DNA of 55,913 bases from a virus (taxonomy: Duplodnaviria; Caudoviricetes), in IMG/VR virus record IMGVR_UViG_3300020045_004009, positions 1-55,913 of that record; one strand, 5' to 3'. Below, one piece after another: positions 9,831-20,901 of this stretch. Made by a program: the position numbers and the translations under genes. The notes below the pieces were generated by a model. It was not told the DNA's origin. It searched no databases and was given only the letters and a program-made list of their open reading frames with translations. Each line of letters begins with the position of its first letter. The stretch's first letter is position 1.

Positions 9831-10784
9831 ATGAAAATTGTTTGGGACCAAGTTGGAGAAAGACTATATGAAACTGGTGTCAAAAACGGCGTCCTATACG
9901 TGCAAAATGCCTCAGGCTTATACCCAACAGGCGTTGCGTGGAATGGACTTGTTACAGTTACGGAAAGTCCATCTGGTGCAGAAGCCACACCTCTTTACGC
10001 CGATGATATACAATATCTTAATCTTATTTCGGCAGAAAAATTTAGTGCGTCGGTCGAAGCATATACATATCCTGATGAGTTCGCAGAATGTGATGGCTCT
10101 GCTGAATTATCCGCTGGAGTAATGATTGGGCAACAAAGTCGCAAAGGGTTTGGTCTAGTTTATAGAACGACTCTTGGTAATGATGTTAGTGGCGAAAGTT
10201 ATGGCTACAAGTTACATCTTATATATGGTGGTATAGCAGCCCCTTCCGAGAAAGCATATTCAACTATTAATGACTCACCAGAAGCTATTACTTTCTCTTG
10301 GGAAGTATCTACTACGCCTGTGGCCGTTACTGGAAAGAAACCAACAGCCTCTTTAACAATCGATTCCACAAAAGTTGATGCTAGTACTCTTGCCTCACTT
10401 GAGACCATCCTTTATGGTAACACTGGGGTGGACCCACGTCTTCCATTACCTGATGAAATCGCAGCCTTATTCGCTGCTGGCTCACCTTCCGCATTAGCGT
10501 TATCAACAATTGTTCCTGCTGACGCTGCTACCGGCGTTGTTGTTAGTGCGAACATCGTACTAACATTCAACAATAAAATCTCTGAAGAGGCAATCATCAT
10601 TACATCTGCTGCCGGCGTTATTGTTCCCGCGTCAAAAGCATGGGATACTGCGGGCAAAGTTCTCACGATTGACCCAACTTCAAACCTTTCAGCTTCTACT
10701 GTATATCTTGTTACTGTCGGTGGAGTATCTGATATTTACGGCCAGACCCTCGCACAGGCAGTCAAGAAATTTACAACTGCTTAA
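9831..10784 (+). CDS. Major tail protein with C-terminal Ig-like domain
   Basis: ATG 9831 after AAAAGGAGG; phi13-like MTP (WDQVGERLYETGV, YADDIQYL); C-terminal SbsA/Big_5-like segment (PADAATGV...LTFN...LTIDP...YLVTV). Confidence 0.85.
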   Translation: MKIVWDQVGERLYETGVKNGVLYVQNASGLYPTGVAWNGLVTVTESPSGAEATPLYADDIQYLNLISAEKFSASVEAYTYPDEFAECDGSAELSAGVMIGQQSRKGFGLVYRTTLGNDVSGESYGYKLHLIYGGIAAPSEKAYSTINDSPEAITFSWEVSTTPVAVTGKKPTASLTIDSTKVDASTLASLETILYGNTGVDPRLPLPDEIAALFAAGSPSALALSTIVPADAATGVVVSANIVLTFNNKISEEAIIITSAAGVIVPASKAWDTAGKVLTIDPTSNLSASTVYLVTVGGVSDIYGQTLAQAVKKFTTA

Positions 10785-10816
10785 TATTACGGTATTTACT
10801 GCTTAACGAAATACGC

Positions 10817-10854
10817 AAAAGAGCCCTCTTCTAAGTTGGATGAGGGCTCTTTTT
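10817..10854 (+). terminator. Rho-independent terminator (probably bidirectional)
   Basis: AAAAGAGCCCTC-loop-GAGGGCTCTTTTT. Confidence 0.85.
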
Positions 10855-10889
10855 AAATCTCACACAAACTTTTGAAAGGAGTTTAACCA

Positions 10890-11249
10890 ATGTTAAAGAA
10901 AACAATTTCATACGTCGATTTTGATGACAACAAGAAAACCGAGGATTTCTACTTCAACCTTACAAAGGCCGAAGTAGCTGAAATGGAAGTGTCTGTGAAT
11001 GGTGGTCTTTCTAAGATGATTCAACAAATCATAAAGACCGAAGATAAAAAAGAAATCGTAGCGATCTTAAAAGATGTAATTCTCAGAGCATATGGCGAGA
11101 AAACACTTGATGGTAAACGTTTTATGAAAACAAAGGAAATTCGCGAGTCGTTTGCCTCTACAGAAGCATATAGCGAGCTTTTTATATCGCTAGCGAATAA
11201 TTCCGAGATGGCCGCAGAATTTTTTAATGGAATAATACCTAATAATTAA
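10890..11249 (+). CDS. Tail assembly chaperone
   Basis: Position after MTP; size. Confidence 0.7.
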   Translation: MLKKTISYVDFDDNKKTEDFYFNLTKAEVAEMEVSVNGGLSKMIQQIIKTEDKKEIVAILKDVILRAYGEKTLDGKRFMKTKEIRESFASTEAYSELFISLANNSEMAAEFFNGIIPNN

Positions 11250-11272
11250 GAATGAATAGGGAGGTCAGATAC

Positions 11273-11812
11273 ATGCTAAAGATCACGATACCTGCTATCG
11301 AGCAATATGACGAAGTTAACAACGAGTTTATAACTTCTAAAGAACAAATATTGCATTTAGAGCACTCTCTGATCTCCCTTTCAAAATGGGAGTCAAAGTG
11401 GCATAAACCGTTTCTTACAAAAGACGAAAAATCTACTGAAGAAACTATTGACTACGTTAGATGTATGAATACGACGCAAAATGTCGAAGATAAAATATTT
11501 AATTTTGCAAGTAAAGATAATATACAACAAGTAAACGCTTATATTGAGGCCGAAATGACCGCCACAACTTTTTCAAAAGATAAAAAGACAATTAATAGAG
11601 AAATTATAACGGCGGAGATTATCTATTATTGGATGATCGCGATGAATATTCCATTTGAATGTCAGAAATGGCATCTTAATCGATTATTAACACTAATTAA
11701 TGTGTGTAATATAAAGAATACTCCTCCTAAGAAAATGAATAAAAAAGAGACCATGAGTCGAAATGCGGCACTAAATGCATCTCGTCGTCAGGCACTCAAT
11801 AGTGGAGGGTAA
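11273..11812 (+). CDS. Second tail assembly chaperone-like protein
   Basis: Own GGGAGG RBS; lies between chaperone and tape measure. Confidence 0.55.
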   Translation: MLKITIPAIEQYDEVNNEFITSKEQILHLEHSLISLSKWESKWHKPFLTKDEKSTEETIDYVRCMNTTQNVEDKIFNFASKDNIQQVNAYIEAEMTATTFSKDKKTINREIITAEIIYYWMIAMNIPFECQKWHLNRLLTLINVCNIKNTPPKKMNKKETMSRNAALNASRRQALNSGG

Positions 11813-11816
11813 CAAA

Positions 11817-12191
11817 ATGATAGTTATAAAACATAAAGGTAATTTTAAGAATACTGAAAAATTTCTTAATAATGCCGCGCTTTCTAATTATTTGAATATT
11901 TTAGAAAAATATGGTAGAGAAGGAGTATCAGCTCTTTCGGCCGCCACACCAATAGATTCCGGAAAAACAGCAAATTCTTGGGGGTTTGAGATTAAACGTT
12001 TTAATGGTGGTGCGTCAATTGCCTGGACAAATTCAAACGTAGTTAATGGTGTACCTATTGTAATCATTTTACAGTACGGCCATGGTACACGAAATGGCGG
12101 ATATGTTCAAGGACGTGATTTCATAAACCCAACTATACAACCCATATTTGATAAACTCGCAAATGATGTTTGGAAGGAGGTAATCCGATGA
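11817..12191 (+). CDS. HK97 gp10-like tail/neck protein
   Basis: TPIDSGKTANSW and QYGHGT motifs. Confidence 0.65.
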   Translation: MIVIKHKGNFKNTEKFLNNAALSNYLNILEKYGREGVSALSAATPIDSGKTANSWGFEIKRFNGGASIAWTNSNVVNGVPIVIILQYGHGTRNGGYVQGRDFINPTIQPIFDKLANDVWKEVIR

Positions 12192-15100
12192 GTAATGTAG
12201 ACAATCGCATTGTGCAAATGCAGTTTGATAACGGCCAGTTTGAGAGCGGTGTCCAAACGAGTATTAAATCGCTAGATAATCTTAAGAATGGACTTAATTT
12301 GGATGGAGCAACTAAAAGTCTATCTGGTTTAGAGAAGGTTGGCCGAACGTTTTCCCTTGGGGGAATAGCCGATGGTGTCCAAGCTATCTCTGATAAATTC
12401 TCAGCTCTTAGTCTTATTGGAATTACTGCCCTTCAAAATATCACAAATTCTGCTATAAACGCTGGAAAAACCCTTGTTAAGAGTTTGACGGTAGATCCTG
12501 TCAAAATGGGGTTTAATGAATACGAGACAAAAATGGGCGCAATCCAGACAATTCTTACTAACACTGCTAGTAAAGGTACAACGCTAGATGATGTTAATAA
12601 AACTCTAAATGAATTAAACGAATATTCAGATAAGACCATTTATAACTTTTCAGAGATGGCAAAAAATATAGGAACATTTACAGCTGCTGGTATTGGTCTC
12701 GAAACATCAGCAACTTCAATTAAAGGTATTGCTAATTTAGCCGCTGGTTCAGGATCAAATGCCCAACAAGCAGCCACTGCAATGTATCAGTTATCTCAAG
12801 CATTAGCCGCTGGTTCGGTTAAACTTATGGATTGGAATTCTGTCGTTAATGCTGGTATGGGAGGAGAGCTTTTCCAAAATGCCTTAAAAACAACTGCAAA
12901 ACAAATGGGGATCGTAGTTAATGAATCTGTGCCATTTAGAGAATCACTGCAAGATGGTTGGATCACAGCCGAAGTCTTAACAAAAACCTTATCTAAATTT
13001 GCAGAAGATGAAGCTCTAGTTAAAGCCGCGACACAGGTCAAATCATTTACACAATTATTTGACACAATGAAAGAATCTGTTCAATCTGGATGGGCTCAAT
13101 CGTGGGAAAACATAATTGGTAATAAAGATGAAGCCTCCGCAACGCTTACTGCTATTAATAATGCTTTTGGCTCCATTGTTGGATCAGCTGCAAATGCTAG
13201 AAATGAAATGCTTTCATTTTGGAAGGTCAATGGGGGAAGAGATGCGCTCATCGAAGCCATTACAAATTCTTTTAAAGGTCTCCAAGCAATTATAAAACCG
13301 ATAACTGATGGTTTTAGAGAAATTTTCCCAGCAATGAGCGGCGAAAGGCTTGTTAAGTTATCTAAAGGAATCCTGGATTTAACGGAAAACTTCAAAATAG
13401 GAGAAACTACCGTCACAAACATAAAAAATACTTTTAAAGGGTTATTTGCTATTCTTGATATTGGAAAACAAGCCTTTTTAGCAATAGCGGATGTGGTAGG
13501 GCCTTTTTTAAAAAAAATACTCCCAATTGGCGATGGTATATTAGGAGTTACGGGTTCGATCGGCGAGTATCTCGTATCCATCGATGAGATGATCAAGAAA
13601 ACAGACGCCTTTACTGGTATATTCTCTAAAATTGGGACCTTCTTAAAACCAATTGCCGAAAAAATACAATTAGCATTCAGTGTTATTAAAGATGCGTTTC
13701 AATCATTCGTTAATATTGATTTAACAGGGGTTGATGCATTTTCAGAGAGAGTAAAGATTAGACTCGAACCATTCTCTAAAATCGGAGAAGGTGTGAGTAA
13801 AGCGTTTGATAAAATAAGTGACGCCTTTAAAAAAGCAGCTCCTATATTTTCGAAACTTGGAACTATCATAGGAGACGCTTTTGCCAAATTACGAGAGAGT
13901 GTATCAAATGGTCTAGATGCCGCCGATTTCAACAGTCTATTAGATCTATTCAATGGCGGCGTATTTGCTTTGATTTTAGTAGGTATCAAAAAATTTATCG
14001 ATAATCTCGGAAGCATCTCGAAAGATGGAAAGGGTGTTTTTGGCGGAATTAAAGATATTCTTAATGGGGTAAAAGGGAGCCTGCAAGCATACCAGACCGA
14101 TTTGAAAGCCGGCGCATTACTAAAAATAGCTAGCGCTATCGCGATTCTTGCCGCCGCATTACTTGTGTTATCCGTCATTGACTCAGATAAACTAGCGCTG
14201 GCGTTGACTGCTGTTACCGTCATGTTTGCGGATCTTGTAGGGTCTATGATAGTACTAAATAAAACTCTTGGCGCTAAAGGACTATTGACCTTACAAAGCG
14301 CCACTGCGGCTATGATAACCTTATCAACAGCAATTCTTATTTTAGCTGTAGCAATGACAAAAATTGCCAAATTAGATTGGAACGAAATCGCAAAAGGTCT
14401 TGTCGCTGTAGGTGTGTTATCGGCTACAATGGTGGCGACTGCAAAAGTCCTATCTAGCAACACTGGTAAATTAATGAAGGGCGCTCTTGGTATGATCGCG
14501 TTTGCTGGCGCATTAACAATTCTTGTTGGCGTCGTCAAAGAACTCGGGGAGCTTGACCCGGCATCTTTAGCTAAAGGCCTAGTTGGTGTTGGCGTACTTG
14601 TTACCGAATTAGCGCTCTTTACGAAACTTACCGAAACAAATAAAGCTGGTATTGGTAAAGGTTTAGGCCTGATAGCTCTTGCTGGCGCAATTTCAATACT
14701 CGCAACCGCAGTGCAAACCTTTGCCGTCATGGACCCGGTACAGTTACTGCAAGGAATAGGCGCCATTGCCCTTATTTTATCAGAACTTACAGCGTTCATT
14801 AAACTTACTGGCGATGCATCAAAGGTTATTTCAACGGCTATCGGCCTAACAATCTTAGCCTCTGCGATGCTCATACTGTCACAAGCATTAGGCGACATGG
14901 GAAAATTACCTATTGAAGAGATAGGAAAAGGACTATTAGCTATGGCGGGAGTTCTAGGAGCTATTACTCTTGCCCTTAATCTGATGCCAAAGGATGTGGC
15001 GTTAAAAGCAGTTGGGTTAGTTATTGTGGCAGCAGCATTAGTTATATTGGCAGATGCATTAAAAAGTATGAGTGAAATGTCATGGGACGAAATAGGTAGA

Positions 15101-16603
15101 GGGTTAGTTGTCCTTGCTGGGGCATTAGGTATAATAGCAGTAGCAATGATGTTAATGAAAACGGCCCTACCTGGAGCAGCGGCATTAGTACTTATTGCAG
15201 CAGCACTCGCTATCTTAGCACCAGTGTTGGTTACTCTAGGAGAAATGTCATGGGCAGAGATCGGAAAAGGTTTACTCGCTTTAGCTGGTATATTTGTCAT
15301 TCTTGGGGTAGCAGGTTTACTCTTAGCCCCACTAACCCCTGTTATTATAGCTTTAGCTGGTAGTATTGCTCTGCTTGGATTAGGTTGTATACTGGTTGGC
15401 GCAGGATTATTATTATTTTCAGCGGGTCTAGCTGCATTAGCCGTCTCCGGGACAGCAGGCGCCGCCGCTTTAGTAGTGATTGTAACGGCCCTTATAGGTT
15501 TAATACCTTTCATAATACAAAAAATGGCAGAAGGTCTTATAGCGCTAGCTAAAGTTATCATTGAGGGTGCCCCAATAATCGCAGAAGCAATTACAGCAGT
15601 TGTGGTAGCTCTTATCGACGCATTAGTAGTCATTATACCAGCAGTTGTAGAAGGCGTAATGAAACTTGTTACCGCATTACTCGACACATTGATACAATAC
15701 CTGCCAAACATAATTGATGCTGGTTTTCAATTGATAATGGGGTTACTTAAGGGTCTCTCCGCAAACATTCAAGATATTGTAGAAGTCGGTATTGATATTG
15801 TATTAGGGTTCCTAGCAGGCGTAACGTCAAAACTCCCAGCTATTGTTGATGCCGCATTTAAATTAATCATTAGTTTTATCAATGGATTAGCAGATGCTAT
15901 TCGCAACAATTCTGCTGCTATATTTGACGCTTGTGAAAATCTTGTTGATGCTATTATCGATGGTATTAAAGTGGTTATTCCTAAATTAGTCAGTATTGGT
16001 AAAAACATCATCGAAGGTCTCATCGAAGGTATTAAGAGTATGGCTACTTCTGTCTTTAATGCCGCCATTACGGTCGTTAGTGATGCAGTAGATGGTGTTA
16101 AAAACTTCTTAGGTATCCACTCTCCGTCAACAGTATTTGAGGAAATAGGTAAGAACTCTGATAAAGGCCTTGCTGGTGGTTTAAAGAAATTCGCAGGCCT
16201 GGTTGGAACCGCGGCTACGAATGTTGGACGTACAGCCGTAGACTCGTTAACCAGTGCGGTGTCAAATATTGCAGATGCGATTAGTGGCGACTTTGACATG
16301 GCGCCTGTTATTCGTCCGGTTCTTGACTTATCCAATGTGGAAGCTGGTGGCCTAAGAATCAACAGTCTGTTCTCACAAAAACAAAGTCTTAACGTTGGAT
16401 CTATAACCAGTAAGATACCCGTTATTGGTCAAACAACTTCTACGAACGACGCTATTAACACCCCCCAAAGCCAGACCGCGCAAGGAGCTTCGGTATCGTT
16501 CGTTCAGAATAACTATTCTCCTGCGGCGTTGTCGAGACTTGATATTTATCGACAGACAAAGAACCAAATCTCGGCGATGAAAGGAATGGTGAGCACCGCA
16601 TGA
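12188..16603 (+). CDS. Tape measure protein
   Basis: About 1470 aa, Ala/Leu/Ile-rich amphipathic repeats, tape-measure N-terminal domain, GIHSPS motif. Confidence 0.92.
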   Translation: MSNVDNRIVQMQFDNGQFESGVQTSIKSLDNLKNGLNLDGATKSLSGLEKVGRTFSLGGIADGVQAISDKFSALSLIGITALQNITNSAINAGKTLVKSLTVDPVKMGFNEYETKMGAIQTILTNTASKGTTLDDVNKTLNELNEYSDKTIYNFSEMAKNIGTFTAAGIGLETSATSIKGIANLAAGSGSNAQQAATAMYQLSQALAAGSVKLMDWNSVVNAGMGGELFQNALKTTAKQMGIVVNESVPFRESLQDGWITAEVLTKTLSKFAEDEALVKAATQVKSFTQLFDTMKESVQSGWAQSWENIIGNKDEASATLTAINNAFGSIVGSAANARNEMLSFWKVNGGRDALIEAITNSFKGLQAIIKPITDGFREIFPAMSGERLVKLSKGILDLTENFKIGETTVTNIKNTFKGLFAILDIGKQAFLAIADVVGPFLKKILPIGDGILGVTGSIGEYLVSIDEMIKKTDAFTGIFSKIGTFLKPIAEKIQLAFSVIKDAFQSFVNIDLTGVDAFSERVKIRLEPFSKIGEGVSKAFDKISDAFKKAAPIFSKLGTIIGDAFAKLRESVSNGLDAADFNSLLDLFNGGVFALILVGIKKFIDNLGSISKDGKGVFGGIKDILNGVKGSLQAYQTDLKAGALLKIASAIAILAAALLVLSVIDSDKLALALTAVTVMFADLVGSMIVLNKTLGAKGLLTLQSATAAMITLSTAILILAVAMTKIAKLDWNEIAKGLVAVGVLSATMVATAKVLSSNTGKLMKGALGMIAFAGALTILVGVVKELGELDPASLAKGLVGVGVLVTELALFTKLTETNKAGIGKGLGLIALAGAISILATAVQTFAVMDPVQLLQGIGAIALILSELTAFIKLTGDASKVISTAIGLTILASAMLILSQALGDMGKLPIEEIGKGLLAMAGVLGAITLALNLMPKDVALKAVGLVIVAAALVILADALKSMSEMSWDEIGRGLVVLAGALGIIAVAMMLMKTALPGAAALVLIAAALAILAPVLVTLGEMSWAEIGKGLLALAGIFVILGVAGLLLAPLTPVIIALAGSIALLGLGCILVGAGLLLFSAGLAALAVSGTAGAAALVVIVTALIGLIPFIIQKMAEGLIALAKVIIEGAPIIAEAITAVVVALIDALVVIIPAVVEGVMKLVTALLDTLIQYLPNIIDAGFQLIMGLLKGLSANIQDIVEVGIDIVLGFLAGVTSKLPAIVDAAFKLIISFINGLADAIRNNSAAIFDACENLVDAIIDGIKVVIPKLVSIGKNIIEGLIEGIKSMATSVFNAAITVVSDAVDGVKNFLGIHSPSTVFEEIGKNSDKGLAGGLKKFAGLVGTAATNVGRTAVDSLTSAVSNIADAISGDFDMAPVIRPVLDLSNVEAGGLRINSLFSQKQSLNVGSITSKIPVIGQTTSTNDAINTPQSQTAQGASVSFVQNNYSPAALSRLDIYRQTKNQISAMKGMVSTA

Positions 16604-17598
16604 TTAACTCGGTAACGGTGACAAATTATCTAGGTGAATCGCTCAAAATGGAAATGAGGTTCCCGGAGAAATCTGGGTTCCTTATTCAAGACATAACCGG
16701 ACTCGGACCAAGTAAAGCCAATATCAACTCAACAGAACTATCGACCTCTGACGGCTCGCTGTATAACTCGGCAAGGGTTACATCAAGGAATATAGTACTC
16801 AGTTTAAAACTGCTTTGGAATCCAACAATAGAGACAACTCGTCAAAAGTCATACAAATATTTTCCGATTAAGAAACGCGTTCGTCTCCTGATCGAAACAG
16901 ATAATCGTACGTGCGAGACTTATGGTTACGTCGAGTCGAACGAACCAAACATCTTCAGTAGTCAAGAAACAACACAGATCTCTATTATATGCCCCGATCC
17001 ATATTTATATTCTACTGGAGAAGATGGTAATAATGTAACCATATTCTCTGGAATCGAGTCGCTGTTTGAGTTCCCGTTTTCTAACGAATTAGATATATCT
17101 ACGGAAGATGGAGAAGTTTTCTTTGTAAGCCCAACTACATTAATTGGTCCAACTACATTAATGCTCATGGGTGCAACCTTACTCAATCAAATAGAATTTG
17201 GTGAAGTCGTGCTTAATCAAGAGCAGACGATATATTATACTGGTGATGCCGAGATAGGCGTAATGATTTATATTCATGCGCTAGGAGATGTTACGAATCT
17301 AACGATCTATAATTCTGGAACACGTGAATCTATGAAAATTGACACAACTCGGTTAACAACTATGACTGGTTTTGGGATTATAGAGGGCGACGATATTATT
17401 ATATCCACAATTAAAGGAAACAAATACATAAAATTACTAAGAAGTGGCATATATAGTAATATTCTTAACTGTCTAGATAAGGACGCTGACTGGTTTCAGT
17501 TAACAAAAGGCGACAACGTATTTGCGTTCACAGCTGACACAGGAATTACAAGTCTCCAGTTTAGAATAGAAAATCAGACAGTTTACGAAGGAGTTTAA
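16600..17598 (+). CDS. Distal tail protein (Dit)
   Basis: Follows TMP; ICPDPY and WFQLTKGDN motifs. Confidence 0.8.
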   Translation: MINSVTVTNYLGESLKMEMRFPEKSGFLIQDITGLGPSKANINSTELSTSDGSLYNSARVTSRNIVLSLKLLWNPTIETTRQKSYKYFPIKKRVRLLIETDNRTCETYGYVESNEPNIFSSQETTQISIICPDPYLYSTGEDGNNVTIFSGIESLFEFPFSNELDISTEDGEVFFVSPTTLIGPTTLMLMGATLLNQIEFGEVVLNQEQTIYYTGDAEIGVMIYIHALGDVTNLTIYNSGTRESMKIDTTRLTTMTGFGIIEGDDIIISTIKGNKYIKLLRSGIYSNILNCLDKDADWFQLTKGDNVFAFTADTGITSLQFRIENQTVYEGV

Positions 17599-17599
17599 G

Positions 17600-18658
17600 A
17601 TGGATTTACTAGTTTTAAACACCGATTTAGAAGTCATTGCTGTGTTGGATACGTTCGAGTCACTTATTTGGACAGAAAGATATTGTGGATATGGCGATTT
17701 CGAGATCTATACAAAGGCGTCCGAAGAATTATTGAACATTCTCAGGGAAGATTATTACCTTTGGTTGCGTGATTCGAAGTATGTCATGGTCATTGAGGAC
17801 TTGAACATAAAATTTGACGTTGATATCGGAAATAACATAGTGATTACGGGCCGATCGGCAGAATCAATTTTAGATCGTCGTATTATCTGGGTACAAACGG
17901 TTCTTAGTGGAAGCCTTCAAAATGGAATTCAAAAACTACTTGATGAGAATTTTATTTCTCCAACACTACCAGACCGAGTAATCCCCAATTTTATATTTGA
18001 GGCATCGGACGATCCTATTGTTACAGCATTGACCGTTGATGCCCAATTCACGCGTACGAACCTGTACGATTCAACGAAGAAGCTTTGCGTGGCAAATAAT
18101 CTCGGATTCAAAGTGACGCTATCTGACGATAATCATCTCGTATTTAAATTATATTCCGGAACAGATAGATCTTATGATCAAATTCTAAACACCTACGTTG
18201 TATTCTCTCAAAAATTTGAAAATATCATAAATAGTAATTATTTCGAATCCAAAAAGACTTTGAAGACTATTACGGTGGTCGCTGGCGAAGGGGAGGGCGC
18301 TGACCGTAAAACGACTATTGTTGGAGGCGGAACAGCTCTTTCTAGACGTGAGTTGTATACGGACGCGAGAGATCTTTCTCAGACAGTCGATGAGGTGCTA
18401 ATACCCGAAGCCGATTATCTAGCTCAACTAGCTCAACGAGGAATTGAAGATCTCTCCGAGCATGTTTTCGAGAAGTCTTTTGACGGCCAGGTGGATACAA
18501 CTCGTATGTTTGAATATGGGGTAGACTTCTTCCTAGGTGATATTGTGCAGATTGTTAGTGAGTATGGAATTGCGTCGAAAGCTCAAATCACAGAGATTAT
18601 CCGATCACAAAGCACTACTGGTATAGAAGTCTATCCTACATTTATTATGATTGAATAA
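17600..18658 (+). CDS. Minor tail protein (ReqiPepy6 gp37-like / Tal)
   Basis: SLIWTERY..GDFEIY, VAGEGEG, DFFLGDIV motifs. Confidence 0.8.
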   Translation: MDLLVLNTDLEVIAVLDTFESLIWTERYCGYGDFEIYTKASEELLNILREDYYLWLRDSKYVMVIEDLNIKFDVDIGNNIVITGRSAESILDRRIIWVQTVLSGSLQNGIQKLLDENFISPTLPDRVIPNFIFEASDDPIVTALTVDAQFTRTNLYDSTKKLCVANNLGFKVTLSDDNHLVFKLYSGTDRSYDQILNTYVVFSQKFENIINSNYFESKKTLKTITVVAGEGEGADRKTTIVGGGTALSRRELYTDARDLSQTVDEVLIPEADYLAQLAQRGIEDLSEHVFEKSFDGQVDTTRMFEYGVDFFLGDIVQIVSEYGIASKAQITEIIRSQSTTGIEVYPTFIMIE

Positions 18659-18670
18659 AAGGAGGTTCGC

Positions 18671-19507
18671 ATGAGCGTAACGTATGGGTTTTATAACTCA
18701 ATAGGCGGAGATCGCCGATATAATGCAGATCAAATGTCGATGTTATTTGACGGGCTCATTAACGATGGTGTTTTTATGTCTATCGGCGACGCGTTAATGG
18801 TTACTGCGGCGTCCGGAATGAATATTAATATTGGCGAAGGACGAGCATGGTTCAACCGCACATGGACAAATAATGACGCCCAACTTCAATTAACTGTCGA
18901 CCTATCAGAGGTAGTTCTTCATAGAATTGATACGGTTGTGTTAGAGATTAATTCTGAGAATGCCACACGAGCAAATGTTATAAAGATTATAAAAGGCACG
19001 CCTGCAAGTTCGCCAGTAGCACCAACACTGACAGAAACCGAGTTTATCCATCAACACCCCATATGCCATATTTATGTTGAGGCTGGTGTTAATGAGATTA
19101 TTCAAGCTAATATCACAAACACTGTTGGTACTTCAGTATGTCCTTTTGTTACTGGCATCTTAGAAACAGTAAATATCAACTCATTACTTGCACAATGGGA
19201 ATCTGAATTTCAGGTTTGGTTTGCGACTTTAGAAGATATTTTAGACGAGAACACGGCTGCAAATTTGTTGAATCTGATAAACGATAAGATGTATCCAGTG
19301 GCTGGTGGCGCAAACACCTTCGCTGGAAATGGCTCTGAAAAAACAATCCCTCATGGTCTATCTATTACCCCAACTTTAGCGAGTGTTACGCCATTGTCTA
19401 ACCCCGAAGGTTATTTAGGTGAAATATGGACTAGAATCGATGCGACAAATTTATATGTTGGTAACTCCGGAAGCCACACAGGAAGTTTTTCTTGGGTTTT
19501 GTTTTAA
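18671..19507 (+). CDS. Baseplate / tail fibre base protein
   Basis: YGFYNS..GDRRYNA N-terminus typical of this tail position; short C-terminal domain. Confidence 0.65.
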   Translation: MSVTYGFYNSIGGDRRYNADQMSMLFDGLINDGVFMSIGDALMVTAASGMNINIGEGRAWFNRTWTNNDAQLQLTVDLSEVVLHRIDTVVLEINSENATRANVIKIIKGTPASSPVAPTLTETEFIHQHPICHIYVEAGVNEIIQANITNTVGTSVCPFVTGILETVNINSLLAQWESEFQVWFATLEDILDENTAANLLNLINDKMYPVAGGANTFAGNGSEKTIPHGLSITPTLASVTPLSNPEGYLGEIWTRIDATNLYVGNSGSHTGSFSWVLF

Positions 19508-19534
19508 TTGTTATACTTGAAAGGAGTCTCTACA

Positions 19535-20869
19535 ATGAATTCACCAACCTCCGCAAGTCTACTACTAGATCATGACTGCAATTTAAGATGTACTTATTGT
19601 TTTGAGAAGCATAATAAACTTAACATGACAAAGGAAATTGCAAGAAAATCGTTAGATTATTTATCCAACAACGCCATCAAAGATAAAACTGGAGAATTTT
19701 CAGTAATTTTCTTTGGCGGCGAACCTTTTCTACAACCGGCTATAATGCAAGAGCTTTTCGAGTATGGGAATAAGATCGCAGAAGAAAAGAAACTTCATTT
19801 TTCAGTTACGATAATTACAAACGCAACTATCTTAACCGAAAGAATTGACATGCTATTACGAACTTATATGAAAAAATGTAATATCCATTTACAACTTTCG
19901 GTTGATGGTGTTCAAGACGTGCACGATGAGTATAGAGTAACCAGAGATGGTAACGGATCTTTTCATATGGTTGAGAAAAACATACCAAAATTTCTTGATA
20001 TATTTAAAGATAATCATAGTCAACTCAATATTCACGGATGCATCAATAAAAAAACCATGTCTAGACTTTACGAGAACTATAAGTTCTTTAGAGAGACATT
20101 AGGGTTCGAACGTGTATGGTTTAAAACGGTAACGACTGAGGAATGGGACACCAATGATGTTACCATCTATCATGAACAAATGTCGTTAATCTATAATGAT
20201 ATTGTTGCTAAAATTAAAAAAGATAATAATAGTAAAGAAGTATACGGGTATGCACCTCTTGATCGGTGTTTGAACACTGGTAAAAGACCCAACAAACCAT
20301 GTGGTTGCGGCGATAATTTTGTAACTATAACCGGGGATGGTGAAATTTATCCTTGTCATCAATTCTATTTTAATGACCCAGAAAAATCAACCAAAATAGG
20401 AGATATTTGGACAGGGATAGATGAAGGTAAGCGTAAGATATTCTTAAATTTTGACTCGGACGATCTATGTGATCCTTCCTGCAAAAACACCCAATGCTAC
20501 AAATGTATTGCTGAGAATTGGCAACACAACGGTAGCATTCTAAGTCAAGTTAAAGGGATATATTGTAAGCTTTCTTCTGTAGAAAAACACTTTCAAAATA
20601 AACTAATAAAAGAGGTTGAACATATGGGTTTATTAAATAAGCAAGATCAGAATAATTGCGCAAGAGGTAATAATCCAAATAATCCAGCTTGTCTTTGTGA
20701 TTCTCGTGGAGGAGATAATCCGTTGGAACGTCTTATAAAAGATCCTTGCGAGGATGGTAACACACAAGAGGATAAAGACGAGATCATTGCAATGTCATTA
20801 CACGAAATTTTAAAAAGGCTTTCTGATATAGAAAAGGTTCAATCAGTTATTTTAAACAAAGTTATTTAA
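19535..20869 (+). CDS. Radical SAM/SPASM-domain peptide maturase
   Basis: CNLRCTYC, FFGGEP, SVDG; SPASM cysteines CGCG...IYPCHQF...CDPSC...CYKC...YC; ATG 19535 after GAAAGGAG. Confidence 0.92.
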   Translation: MNSPTSASLLLDHDCNLRCTYCFEKHNKLNMTKEIARKSLDYLSNNAIKDKTGEFSVIFFGGEPFLQPAIMQELFEYGNKIAEEKKLHFSVTIITNATILTERIDMLLRTYMKKCNIHLQLSVDGVQDVHDEYRVTRDGNGSFHMVEKNIPKFLDIFKDNHSQLNIHGCINKKTMSRLYENYKFFRETLGFERVWFKTVTTEEWDTNDVTIYHEQMSLIYNDIVAKIKKDNNSKEVYGYAPLDRCLNTGKRPNKPCGCGDNFVTITGDGEIYPCHQFYFNDPEKSTKIGDIWTGIDEGKRKIFLNFDSDDLCDPSCKNTQCYKCIAENWQHNGSILSQVKGIYCKLSSVEKHFQNKLIKEVEHMGLLNKQDQNNCARGNNPNNPACLCDSRGGDNPLERLIKDPCEDGNTQEDKDEIIAMSLHEILKRLSDIEKVQSVILNKVI

Positions 20870-20901
20870 TTTATAACTTTCTCGGAGAGCGAGGTGGCAT
20901 A

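Noticed and set aside
11215-11275. Programmed frameshift between tail chaperones at the T7 run
   Set aside because: The downstream ORF has its own strong RBS and ATG; nothing else supports slippage
13096-16362. Long minus-strand ORFs (up to 670 aa)
   Set aside because: Antisense shadows of the Ala/Leu/Ile-rich tape measure gene; no RBS or recognisable motifs
17131-17162. Short tandem duplication CCAACTACATTAAT in Dit
   Set aside because: In-frame micro-duplication in a probable loop; no evidence of function
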